The notes beneath the pieces were generated by a model. That model was not told the DNA's origin. It worked only from the letters and a program-made list of their open reading frames with translations, and made no database searches. Made by a program: the position numbers and the translations under genes. A stretch of DNA of 64,000 nt from Botryllus schlosseri (taxonomy: Eukaryota), in NCBI GenBank assembly GCA_051294905.1, contig CM119371.1, forward strand, positions 10,106,001 through 10,170,000, read 5' to 3'. Of the stretch, positions 36,600 to 48,552 are shown piece after piece; position 1 is the first letter of the stretch; each line of letters begins with the position of its first letter.

Positions 36600-37105
36600 T
36601 TTTAAACGGAATGAAACTCGAAGTAATTCCTGTAAATGTTTTTGCAGGAATGATACAAGCATGGTTAACGATCCCAGCCTCGATGTTTGAGGTCGGTTTT
36701 CCGAGTAAATGATTTCTCCCGGATATCGCATTCATGATTTTAGCTACCAACATGCATATCCATATGGCACTTGAGATTCCCTTCCCAGTAAATGTTTTCC
36801 CAAATATGGCATATTTACGAGTTTTAACGCCAGCATGTATGTCCCTATGACGCGTGAGGCTAGTATTCTCAGTAAATGCTTTTCCACACAGCACATTCAT
36901 GATTTTTGAGGCCAGGATGCATATCCATATGAAGCTTTAGGCTACCTTTCCGAATGAGTGCTTTCCCACAGATAGCACATTTATGATTTTTGATTCCAGC
37001 ATGCATATCCATATGACAGTTCAGGTGATTCTTTCGTGTAAATGTTTTACCACATACATCACAGTTATGATTTTTAACGCCAGCATGGATATCTACATGA
37101 CGCAT
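36600..37105 (-). pseudogene. Decayed 3' tail of the zinc-finger array (about 6 fingers with frameshifts and Cys losses)
   Basis: 84-bp periodicity continues: CDVYGSAFTEKTSLMRH, CDVCGKTFTRKNHLNCH, CAICGKALIRKGSLKLH, then a 2-nt deletion, then degenerate units. Confidence 0.8.
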
Positions 37106-38214
37106 GAGACTTGTCTTCTCAGTGAATGCACTCCCATATACGTCACAGACTCACAGGTATGATTTCTGACGTCAATATGGATATCCATATGACGCTTGAG
37201 GTTTTCTCTCTTAGTAAATGCTTTCCCACATATATCACAGGTGTGATTCTTAATGCCAGCATGGATATCCATATGACGCTTGAGGTTTTCTCTCTTAGTA
37301 AATGCTTTCCCACATATATCACAGGTGTGATTCTTAATGCCAGCATGGATAATCATATGAAGCTTGAGGTGACCCTGCTGTGTAAATGCTTTACCACATA
37401 CATCACAGCTATGATTCTTAATGCCAGCATGTATATCCATATGTACCTTGAGTTCTCCCTTTTGAGTAAATGCTCTTCCACATACATGACAGGTATGATG
37501 TTTGACGCCAGCATGGATATCCATATGACGTTCGAGGTTACTCGTCATTGTAAATGCTTTACCACATATATCACAGGTATGATTCTTAACGCCAGTATGG
37601 ATGAGCATATGAAGCTTGAGGTGACCCTGCTGTGTAAATGCTTTACCACATACATCACAGCTATGATTCCTAATACCAGCATGTATATCCATATGAAGCT
37701 TGAGGACTCCCTTTCGAGTAAATGCTCTCCCACATACATGACAGGTATGATGTTTGACGCCAGCATGGATATCCATATGACGTTTGAGGCTACTCGTCAT
37801 TGTAAATGCTTTGCCACATATATCACAGTTATGATTCTTAACACCAGTATGGATAACCGTATGATGCTTGAGGTAACCCTTCTGTGTAAATGCTTTACCA
37901 CATACATCACAGCTATGATTCCTAATGCCAGCATGTATATACATATGCAGCATGAGGTGTTTCTTCTCAGTAAATGCTTTCCCACACACATCACAGTCAT
38001 GATTTTTGATGCGAGCATGGATATCCTTATGGCGCGTGAGGATGCCCTTCCGTGTAAATGCTTTACCGCATATATAACAGTTATGATTCTTAACGCCAGT
38101 ATGGATAACCATATGAAGCTTCAGGCTACCCTTCCTTGTGAACGTTTTCCCACATAAATCACAGTGGTGATTTCTGCTAATAGCTTGCATGTCAATATGA
38201 CGTTTGAAGTCCAA
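37093..38214 (-). CDS. Tandem C2H2 zinc-finger protein exon, 12 intact fingers
   Basis: 28-aa units C-x2-C-x3-F-x5-L-x2-H-x3-H with H(A/T)G(I/V)(K/R)(N/H)H linkers. The ORF is open for 373 codons. The track start is a TTG, so the true 5' end is either the ATG at 38190 or an upstream exon. Confidence 0.9.
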   Translation of the reverse strand: MDFKRHIDMQAISRNHHCDLCGKTFTRKGSLKLHMVIHTGVKNHNCYICGKAFTRKGILTRHKDIHARIKNHDCDVCGKAFTEKKHLMLHMYIHAGIRNHSCDVCGKAFTQKGYLKHHTVIHTGVKNHNCDICGKAFTMTSSLKRHMDIHAGVKHHTCHVCGRAFTRKGVLKLHMDIHAGIRNHSCDVCGKAFTQQGHLKLHMLIHTGVKNHTCDICGKAFTMTSNLERHMDIHAGVKHHTCHVCGRAFTQKGELKVHMDIHAGIKNHSCDVCGKAFTQQGHLKLHMIIHAGIKNHTCDICGKAFTKRENLKRHMDIHAGIKNHTCDICGKAFTKRENLKRHMDIHIDVRNHTCESVTYMGVHSLRRQVSCVM

Positions 38215-39779
38215 CTTTCAAGTTCAAAGTGTTACGAACAAATTTAGAACAAATATTTTAAACTCTATTCAGCTTAGCTCATGACAATATGTCCATATCT
38301 GCCATGTATGATAGTGTGAAACTAATCAAAACAAAGATTATCATTAGATTGTATTGCAATTGCCATACAATATTGTACTACATACAAAAATATCAACAGC
38401 ACAAAAATTACTGTTCTCATGATAGTTTCGACTAATTCGACACCTTCCTATCTTTTCATTGTATTGCAATTTTGTGGTGTATTGAACTGATAATAATTGC
38501 TAATAAACTGAATCGAACAACATTTCGCGTGAATTCTTTGACAGCTTCAACGAATGCACAACGATAGTTGCCTCTTTCACGTGTATTCATCAGATAAGTA
38601 TAATCGCAATAGATTAAATAAGTCTCACAAATGGGAACCAGAGATACGCAGGCCTATACAGCATGTAAACGAGAGGCATGTGGTAAAATACGTTCATTGT
38701 TCAAGACAAGCACTGGACACAGAGATCGCCAAAAGTATTTAGTATGTACGACACGCACAGGTAGCGCTGCACAAATTAGTTTCGACGGAGCGTTCCATTT
38801 GTAGTTGGTGCCCCCAATTTACCGAATGATTACGTGTAAGGCTGACTACAATGATTCGATGATTTAAATCTGAATAGAACATTAATCCTAGTTATTCGAG
38901 TCAAGTGGTGAGAGACGATTTTTCTGTGCTCTGTGACGAAGCATTCCTTTCCACAAAGAGTTATAGTTTTTATCCTATTTTCCAATGTGGAAGGTTGTTA
39001 ATCTTGGTCGTATCGCTGCTAACGAAACATGCAGTACAAAGCTACGCATTGGAATCGCTCGGAAGTACTATAAGAACCGTCATTCGTGAGACACACGTCG
39101 TTCCAACTCTGTATTTCTTAATCAAGAACCAACCGCATCACTTTTCTGTACAGTTTGCGTTTGTACGAAGGGGCGCAGATTGCAAGGACAGTGTTATATT
39201 AAAAACGAAATTGCATAGTGACGGCAGGCATCACACGCTAATATGAGTATGCGCAGACCGCCGCATAATTATAATTACGGTTTTACGGCTGCATGTAGCC
39301 GTACCTCCACAGGTTGACTACCCCTGGCCAAATAGACATAAGAATAAGCCAGAGCATCCAACACAGTGGTTCTCAAACTTGACAATGAGACCCCCTGGTT
39401 ACACCTCAGCAATTCTGTAGACAGCGGACTGCGCTATTTATAACCATCTGGCAGGTACGAATTCAAAATGTCTGAGCTATCGCGGCGGTTTCCTCGAGAA
39501 ACATTCTAGACAGCAGTTATCGCAAGCTGAACACATGTTAACTCCAACCTGTTCTACTCCAAGAGGAACCAATATGTCCTCTTACGACTACCAACGGTTA
39601 AATGATGACGAGTAACATTTGCTGATGACATCCCAAAAGAACTGTAAACATTGTACGATATTGCACATACGGTCATACTGTTCTGAAGCATGAACCAGCA
39701 TATTTATTGAGATAGCTACGGTAGTTATAATGTAATGCGTATCTGGTACACCCCAGTACGATTGGCACATCCTTTGAAC

Positions 39780-40818
39780 CAGGAGTGGCCAACCTTTTCG
39801 GCCAAAAAGACACGTGAGATTTGCGAACCATTGCGTGGGCCACTTGAATGTTGATGAAATCTATTAGTCGTCCAATATGAGTGAACCGGATTAGGAAATA
39901 GTGTAAACAATATTTTTCTTACTATACTCATCAACATCAATAACAACTAGGTCATGAAAACTCAGTGTGCGAGAGGCGCGAAAATTTTTCAAAGTTTATG
40001 AATAAATTCGTTCAATAATATTGTTACTTGCATATATTACGTGTAGCCTCCGTATACCTCTGGGCTCATTTGGCAAAGAAAGAATTATTGACACTTGGAC
40101 GTATCCCTATCGAAGATTTTGCAAACATGCATTTATCATTTTGTATAAAGGTTTCATCGCCGACGATGTTTTTGCGAGTGCAGACGCGAAGTCTGATGTT
40201 GGACGACATAGTTGGATATACAGCTAGACTCATTTACGAAAATGCAGGGTATTTTTAATTTTCAGAAGGAGGTAGCAATACTAAGAGTAAGAAATCGATT
40301 GACAATCAATCGATCGAAGTGCTTAGAATAATTTCAAGGCAAATAAATCTGCCACGATATATTCTACTTCATGGTTATATATGTAGATTTACGAAAAATG
40401 TGGCGTTGCCAAAGGGTCGGAACTGATATTTTAGTCATCAACATCCTAAATTTCGTGGTCAGGTTTATCAAATTTTTGGTTGGCCTTGCAAGCTCATCAT
40501 AAATTATGTGGATAATTCATTTTAAATTGATCTAATTTCAAGAATTACCTCGCGGGTACCGTTTCCTTTAAGCTGCTCATGAGCGCGGCCGCGCTCTGCT
40601 TTTGATGTCGCCGCGCACATACAAACGTCAGCCTCGCACAAGAAAGCCGAATGGAAGACCTTTTATTAGACGTTACCCACTGTTACCTTAGGGTCTGCGC
40701 AGTGAGTTGATGAGTACGCGCAGATTCGTGTAAAATTAGAGGGACCATTGCTCGCGGGTCACTCAAAACCTTCTCGAGGGTCACATTTGGCCCAAGGGCC
40801 ACGAGTTAGCCGTCCCTG
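39780..40818. mobile_element. hAT (MER5/Charlie-like) non-autonomous element
   Basis: CAGGAGTGGCCAAC...GTTAGCCGTCCCTG. TSD CTTTGAAC/CTTTGAGC. Confidence 0.8.
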
Positions 40819-41999
40819 CTTTGAGCATTATGCCATAGACCCGGTTGAAGAGCCCTGACATAGTTAGCTATTCAACTGTGTGATAATACAGGCTTATGAA
40901 CAAGCCTAGGTCTCTTAGAATCAACTAGGTCTCTTACAATTAAATCAAAAACATCAACCTAAGTATTACGAAACAGCTTGGTATTTTACCCTTTATAAAC
41001 TTGACATGCGCATACTAAAATATACAGGACTTTAAGAAACTTCAAATTTTCGCCAACTCACAAAAAAAAACAAAGTTCTACCACAATACACATCTAATCC
41101 ACTACTATCAAATACTTCTGCCTAAAATGAGCTGTGCGGTGTGCATCAACAACAGTGTTAGAAGGACAAAACGATTAGGCCTACAATATGATTTTGACAT
41201 ACAGCCAAAAGATGGTGATGAATATTTACTGCAAATCTGGTTGAATTCTGCTGTATGAGTCAGTTGCATGTCTTGACCTTCAGCCGATGAAGGTTTGGTT
41301 CTAAATTTGAAATTTCCCCATAAATACTCAAATTTATTTCAAATGGTGTTCATTCTGAGAGTCATCGCGTACATTTGGCTTTCATTACCACATCCTGCTT
41401 CATAACAGTGACATTATACAAAGTGTGTCAATTGAGTAATTGATCATACTGACTACCATACAAATCTTTATTTCTCAGTTCCAAAAGGCATATTATGCAT
41501 TACATGCATCTTGATTTCATAGGGAAATATCTACCGAGCTTTCTGCTATTTCGGAAAATATCTCCTACTACAAATATCAAAATTTCAGCCTTTTCAAATT
41601 AGACTAGAAGCAGAATTATAGCTGTCAGTTTTTTCTAAATTAGACTAGAATTAGATTTTTAGCCATACTTTTTTCAATAAAATTAGGGAATAATTAGGAG
41701 GATCGCTACACAGTTTTTCCCAAATTAGATTAGAATTAGTATTATTGAATCTGCAAAAACTTGAACATTGACTCAGGTTCATTTTATAGCAATTCAAAGT
41801 TCATTCACATGAGCACGATAATGGCAAATGGCTGTACACCGAAATTAATTCGTTTCTCCTAGCATTTTCAGGAAACCAGAAATTAGATTAGAAATAAAAT
41901 GAGAGCATAGAAACATTACACAAGTTAGATTAGAATTGGATTAATGGCTTATTCTAGTCAGACAACTAGAATTATCTAGTTGTCCAAGTGTGTTTTAGC

Positions 42000-43009
42000 C
42001 AGGGTTGTAACCAAGTCACAAGGCACCGAGTCACAAGTCAATCTCAGTTTTATAGTTTTGAGTCGAGTCAAGTCGAGTCATTTTCAATTCACCACCGAGT
42101 AAAGTCCGTGTCCAAGTCATCGAAAATAGGGTCGAGTCCGAGTCGGTGTCCGGACAATACCGAGAAAACCATTACCGAGAATGCCATTACCGAGAATGGA
42201 CACCACCGAGAATGGACATTACCGAGAATGGACACCACAGAGAATGGACATTACCGAGAATGGACACCACCGAGAATGGACATTACCGAGAATGCAATAT
42301 ATGCAATGCAGGCATGTTATGCATATGCACAGGTCGTGGGAGTGCATCACGGCGTTGCCACATTGGGTATCGATGCTCAGGTATACATTTCTCGGCAACA
42401 TCAGTCCCAGTAAGCTATATTCTTGACATTGGCCATTCTCGGTAATGTCCATTCTCGGTGATGTCCATTCTCGGTAATGACCATTCTCGGTAATGTCCGT
42501 TCTCGGTAATGTCAATTTTCGGTAATGGCATTCTCGGTAACGTCCATTCTCGGTAATGGTTTTCTCGGTATTGGTATAGAACCGTCCGAGTCACGGTATT
42601 ATGACTCGAGTCGGGTCCAAGTCATTGTGTTGGCTGCTCAGTCTTGTTAATGTCTTGTTAAACCCACCTTTTATAACTCTGTTTGGTGATATCGACTGGT
42701 TTGCATTTATAATATACTAATTTTCCTCACTTTTAGCAGTTTTGGTCGCAACCAGTACCAATAGACGAAATTCCAATGGTGTGGTTACTTTACTATTCTT
42801 CGAAATTACAGTGAAATGTCGGTCTTGGCGGTCTGCGTCTCGAGTCATATGGCTTGGCTCGAGTCATGCACAATGACTCGAGTCCAAGTCGAGCCAATAC
42901 AGAAATTGACTCGAGTCGAGTCATTTCAGTATTTTGAGAAAGTTACTCGAGTCAAGTCGAGTCATCGAAAAATCGTGACTCAAGTCCGACTCGAGTCATT
43001 ACAACCCTG
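42000..43009. mobile_element. hAT MITE (CAGGGTTGTAA), inverted sister of 21684-22252
   Basis: TIRs CAGGGTTGTAA...TTACAACCCTG. TSD GTTTTAGC. Confidence 0.93.
42144..42584. mobile_element. 441-bp hairpin MITE built from 15-bp repeats, nested in 42000-43009
   Basis: Termini CGGT...ACCG, duplicated target TCCGAGT, empty site at 22110-22116. Left arm has about 10 x ATGGACATTACCGAGA-type units and the right arm has their reverse complement. Confidence 0.85.
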
Positions 43010-44149
43010 GTTTTAGCGCTGATAAGCAAGCAGTCACCCAAGTATAGGCCGACCTCATAAGTCGAGGTTAAGACTCGCTGTGAATGTATTTGCATTTTAA
43101 TCAAATATTGTTACAATAATTGGTCTTGTCAGCATGAAAATTACCATCAAATTAGACAGATTCATAGTAAGAATCTGTTTGTATTTTGATAGAAATTCTG
43201 CTTACAGTTACATTAATAGCTGATTATGTTACTTGCAACAAATCCAATCACCGGCATATGGCTGTAATAATATAACTCTTGGTATCAGACGGTGTATGAT
43301 TACAGTATTTGAAACCATCATCTCTCATCACCGGACTCAAATCATTGCGATTGATGTTCGATTGGGATTCCAGTCCAGTACTCGAGTGATTGTGGCCAAA
43401 CGCACTTGTAACATTAACTAACTGCAAGAGCTCACAATAGAACACTGGTATCACAATTCCAGTGTAAAATAGCATCACATGTTTCGAGCTCTAGTTCAAG
43501 TTGTAGGCTGTGTTCGCAGGCGCAGCTATATGTTTCAAATGCACGACCAGAACTAGAACTGCTCACTATTTAAGCTCATTACCTAGAAATACTTGCAAAA
43601 CAGTATGTAGTGGTTGATCACAAACTAACTAGATCACTATTTTGTATAAGTCTGTTCTTTCTTCAGGCATGCCTGGAAGGAAATCTGAGGTCATGGCGAA
43701 CTCTACAAATTAGAATCGTAGTAAGGCGTGAGTCGTTACAACATGAAGATGCGTTCTAGAATCCTGTCAGCTTGAATCATACAAGGCATTATTATTCCAA
43801 TATAAAACATACCACATACTAAGCTATCTGGATAAGCCTGACTAGTTCTGACCGAGAATGTCCCATAATACTCACCTACCAATATAAGTGCTGCTGGTAT
43901 TACTACACGCGCGCTTTCGTATCGCTTTCGGAAGTGCCGCATATCAAGTTACTAATCCGGCACGAACTACAGAAACACCTCCAAGACACCCATGGGCTAC
44001 GTAATACAGCACTGGAAGGAATACGATCGCTCTCGCATGGGTTGGAAACATGATTTTCAATGACATGGAAGTGAGGAAAATTTATGACTGAACTGTCACT
44101 AGGCGAGGTAGATATGTCAGAACGAGGTCCGGTAAATTTGATACCTGGA

Positions 44150-44400
44150 TAGTATTTATTTCGTAAAAATTACTGGTGTTTTGACTTGAATGTAAACAAT
44201 AATGGGCCTGGACATAGACATGCTCGACGACTGTCGCATAGCAGGCGAAACCCTGCTCCACAAATCAGGTCCGGCATAGCTGATGGAGCGATGATCTTTT
44301 TTTCCACCATATGTGGAACGACGTGGACGCGCGTGTATGGTATTTATGCACTTTCGATACCGAGGTAAAGAAGTCATCGAAGTTTTCGGGGCAGTGGCCA
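44150..44400 (-). mobile_element. CR1/L2-group LINE 3' fragment
   Basis: RSTYG...RSISYAGPDLWSRVSPAMR resembles the LINE ORF2 C-terminal motif YGxRSIxYxGPxLWN. Confidence 0.55.
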
Positions 44401-44423
44401 CAGTGGAATTGATAGGCCTACAT

Positions 44424-45859
44424 CAGTGGTTCCCAACCTTTTTGTCTTCATTCCCCACTTCAGATATATTCCGAGCCTTCATTCCCCACTAGGACCGTAA
44501 CAGCACTTTGTTATCCCCGTCAAAAAAACGTTGGTATTGGGCCCTTAGTACCCCCTCAGCGCCGCTGAGCCTGTACGCTTTTCCCCTACAACTGATCAGC
44601 TACATTGGTTCTACTGTTTAGTGCGTCGCTGTGATTCGAGTAAACGCGCGAATCGCGAAAAATTTATATAATTCGTTTTTTAATCGGCCATTATGATCGG
44701 GAATTGCATATATCTTGCTATCAATTTTTTATCCCCTCTCTGCTTACGTAATCAGATTTACCAGTACAGATGATTGAGGTGTGTAGGATAAGGTAGGACC
44801 CCTAAATAAGAATTGAACATCTTCGGGCGGACCCGTTGGTATATTGACTTAGTTATATTATGCTACTCCGTGACCTCCTATATCTGCTATGTCAAAAGAT
44901 ATGGAAATCGCCAGAACTAAAAGGCACACACGACTTCAAATTGGTATTGCTTTACTGGCAAATAATTTTTCCCTGTGGGATGGCATTTGTCCTGTGGGGC
45001 TCACATCGCCAGGACAGGAACATTCGGCGCCAGTCATTTAGCCAATTAAACATATATGTATAATCGAAGTTGTGGGTCACGACAAGGCATTCCTTCTCGG
45101 CTAAGGTCTTCTCGCTGCTGATCGTTCTGGCACACTTCTCGGAGTTGCATGTTACATGGCCTATAACTTTATATGTCTTGGTACGTCGTGGCGCAGTAAT
45201 AGCCGAAGCGGAAGTCTCCATGTCTATAAATTCTACGTATTTTCGTGGGGAAAGAGTACCCAATAATTAGATAATTGGCAATATTAATTCGCGCAACCAG
45301 CGCGATAATTGTTTGAAAAAGTTGCATAATTTTTAAAATATACTTTAATTTATGTTAATTCACGAAATAAATTTGGGCTCTTCGAGCTCCCCCCCCCAAT
45401 TGGGGGTTTGGGGTGCGGCAGCTACGGTCCTGTTCCCCACTACCCAGCACTTTTGTCATCACAGAGGGGCTATTTGCTGGTTTGACTACACAAGACAGAC
45501 AACCACACCAGTACGCAAGACAATCGCCTATAACTGCAACATAAAATGTATTGTGAACCGATGCCAGTAACGCTGAAAATTTCGCGAAATCGTAATTTCA
45601 CGTCAAACTAGTCGTGCTGGATGCGTTTCTGACGCCATGATTGGCCATCCAGAGTTAAAATGAGGTTTTGTGAACTACACGCAATATAATTTTCGTTACA
45701 TACATTCCAGAGCAGTTAACTGGTAACGGTGATTGCGCATGTGTCTCCGTGAATATGTAGACTGTCCTATATATACTTTTGAACAAATGCGTCTATTCCC
45801 CACCAGAAACCATCGAATTCCCCACCAGTGGGGAATTCCCCACCGTTTGGGAACCACTG
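44424..45859. mobile_element. hAT (Charlie-like) non-autonomous element
   Basis: TIRs CAGTGGTTCCCAA...TTGGGAACCACTG. TSD GCCTACAT. Confidence 0.92.
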
Positions 45860-46225
45860 GCCTACATGAACTTACCAATTTCTAGTCCCCGCATATCTTT
45901 TATGTCTAGGAAACCGAATCTTTTAAGCAGCCTTTGTAAAATCTATTCACAGCTCAACTGTACAGTACAGATTTTTGGGAAAAGTAATTCGATTCGGATT
46001 TTTTTGGTTTTTGGACGGCATCATTCGGATTCGCATCGGTTTTAGTTGAGATATTCCGGATTCGGACGGATAGTTCCTCAGAGCATGGAAAACTGAAAAG
46101 ACTCAAGCGCTATCGGACGGATTCGCATTCTAAGAAATCAATATCACCTCATCACTTGATGAAGTCATAGCGACACCTTACGGTCGTGCGTCGCCTACGC
46201 ATATTTTGTTTTGTGTAGAAACCAG

Positions 46226-46250
46226 GAGAGAGAGAGAGAGAGAGAGAGAG
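46226..46250 (+). repeat. (GA)n microsatellite
   Basis: About 12 GA units. Confidence 0.95.
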
Positions 46251-46539
46251 TCTGTATTTTCATCCAACCAAAATACATAAAAACCGACGGCAATGATGGT
46301 GGTATAGACAGAATGCATGCACAGTATTCGGTATCAGATAGGAATGATCGATACGACCGTGAAGGTCAACTATTCTGATCACACCAGCATGAAACAGGTA
46401 GCCTATACTTGACTCAACACAGTCAGGATGTAAAAAATGTTGGTTTAAAAAGGAAAATAAAAAGAAAAGTAAACAACCGTAGCAAATGATCAATGAAGCA
46501 ATGTCTAGGCAAGGTGGGACAACAGTGGTATAACGACAA

Positions 46540-46660
46540 GAGGTGATTAAGGAGGTCTTTTTTTAATCAATTAGAAGGCAATTCACGGATATCTTGTGGT
46601 AATTCATTCCAGATGCTAGGAGTAGTCGATAGATCTCTTAGTTGGGTTGCTGGAGAGAGA
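46540..46660 (-). mobile_element. CR1/L2-group LINE extreme 3' fragment
   Basis: PSIWNELPQDIRELPSN*LKKDLLNHL, a WNxLP..I motif. Confidence 0.55.
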
Positions 46661-46789
46661 CAGTTTTTATTTAGTAAAAAATTACGTTCAAAAATAAAAT
46701 ACAAGTTGCAGCGAGTGCAAGTCAGCTGTATCTATGGAGTACAAAATCGTCTTTTAATGGAGTCAATAATAAATTAACAACAGGTATAA

Positions 46790-47182
46790 CAGTGGTGAGT
46801 TGGAATAACACTAGAAAAAGGCTTCAGACTGGGCATTGCAAACTCATCGGGCACTTACATAGAATTGGACGTCACGACGATGGCCTTTGTGCAACATGTG
46901 GCGTTATAGAGACGGTTGAGCATTTCTTGATACAATGTTCTCGATATATAGCTCACAGCGTAATTATTTTAAGGACATAGCACTAAGAAAACAAGTGCCC
47001 ATATACATTGTGTCACTTCTCGGCAACCCTTACACAATTTTGCCTGTGATTGATTATGTTTTTCTCACCGGAAGGCAACTATAATGTAGCAGGAGAGTCG
47101 AGTACACATGCCTACAACACTTTGCTCTGGTGCACAAGGCCGTAGCTGCTAAGCACCATAACCCCAATATACATACATACAT
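46790..47182 (+). mobile_element. I/Nimb-type LINE 3' end
   Basis: RLQTGHCKLIGHLHRIG...CATCGVIETVEHFLIQC (C-terminal CCHC knuckle), ending in CACCATAACCCCAA plus a (TACA)n tail. Confidence 0.75.
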
Positions 47183-48552
47183 ACCAGAGTTACAGGCAAC
47201 AATAACGAAAGAACGAAATACAATGAAACAAAAGATAAATAGCAGATGAATAAATGTACAGAGTTGCCAGTTCAAATTCTAGAGAAAAAAAAACAATTTG
47301 GCCACAGATTACCAAATCCAATGAACGGCAATTACAATGCAAGTAACTTTATTATGACATGAGTAAATGAGATTTAAATTCGCGACAAAAGGCTGAAAAA
47401 GACATTTCCTTAGTGGCTAATTGAATGTAATTCCATATTTTTGATCCGTGTTGTATGATTGATATCCGGCACTCACTATTCGTGACACGAGAAACAAATA
47501 AATTATAGGAAGTCGAAGACCGAGTACGGTGTGTATGTATTGTACGACACTAGATGGCGTGAAAATTTCATTAAACAAACTTGGGAGGTCACTTCTAACC
47601 TCTACTTTGAAGATGTTAAGGGATTTATATTCGGAGGAGAGTCGTTCCCGTTTTTTCATACAACTGATATATGTTTCTAATTGCTAAATTTTGAAGTACT
47701 TCAATTTTCGATTAGTACGTTTTGCAGCTAAGTCCCCTGACGACTATGACATAACTGGGCTGACTATCAAAGAGTGAGAAATACAAATTTCTAAGCTCAG
47801 GTCTTGGGAGGCTGTGTCTTGGACGGGAAAAAATTCCTACAACCCTGGAGAGTTTTGTAGTAATTTTATCGATATGGGACTTCCATGATAAATTATCGTC
47901 AATGTGAATTCCAAGTTACTTCACACAGGAGATGGGGTTCACATTTGTATTATTTAGATTCAAGAATGGAGAGACGAATGTAACGGGACTAGGCTTTTGG
48001 TTAATGATTAGAATTTGTGTTTTAGACGGATTTATAAGTAGCTTGTTCGCATTCTTCCAAGAACTGATTCGTTGCATTTGGGTGTGATCTAATTCTTGCA
48101 ATATTGGAAGAGAGGAGGCCAAGACATACAAGCATGTGTCATCCGCGAATAGTGTTGTGTGAAAAGGAGAGCTCGCGATCACGTCGTTCCTGTATATATT
48201 GAACAGTAAGGGACCAAGGACCGATCCTTTTGGAATGACACAGGTAACTAACGATGAAGCAGAGTTGGCAGAAGATAAATCATCAACATATTGCATGCGG
48301 TTTGATAAATAAGATTATATTGGATTATGGTGAGAGCCTCTCACACCATATCGAAATAATTTATCAAGTAAAAGACTGTGGTTTACTGTGTCAAAAGCTT
48401 TTTGAAGGTCCGGAAAAATACTACAGCCAATTTCATTTTTAGATATTGTTGAATGATATTGAAGAAGAAGGTTGAGAACTGCTCGGTTAGTATTGCAGTT
48501 GGTACGAAAGCCAAATTGGTTTGGTTGCAGTAGAGGTTCAAAGTACTTATAT

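Noticed and set aside
37126-38157. 343-aa plus-strand ORF with 28-aa periodicity
   Set aside because: Antisense shadow of the zinc-finger repeats. The stop-free frame follows from the repeated codons, and there is no independent domain signature.
38905-41420. Candidate upstream exons of the zinc-finger gene (about 38900-39250, about 41200-41420)
   Set aside because: Frames contain stops, and no recognisable domain or convincing splice chain was found.
41988-42515. Several repetitive ORFs (ENGHHREWT...)
   Set aside because: Generated by the 15-bp repeats of the hairpin MITE.
34020-43640. Dispersed similarity between 34020-34330, 38480-38650 and 43550-43640
   Set aside because: Real but short and degraded. 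No termini, TSD or assignable protein, so it was not called as a feature.
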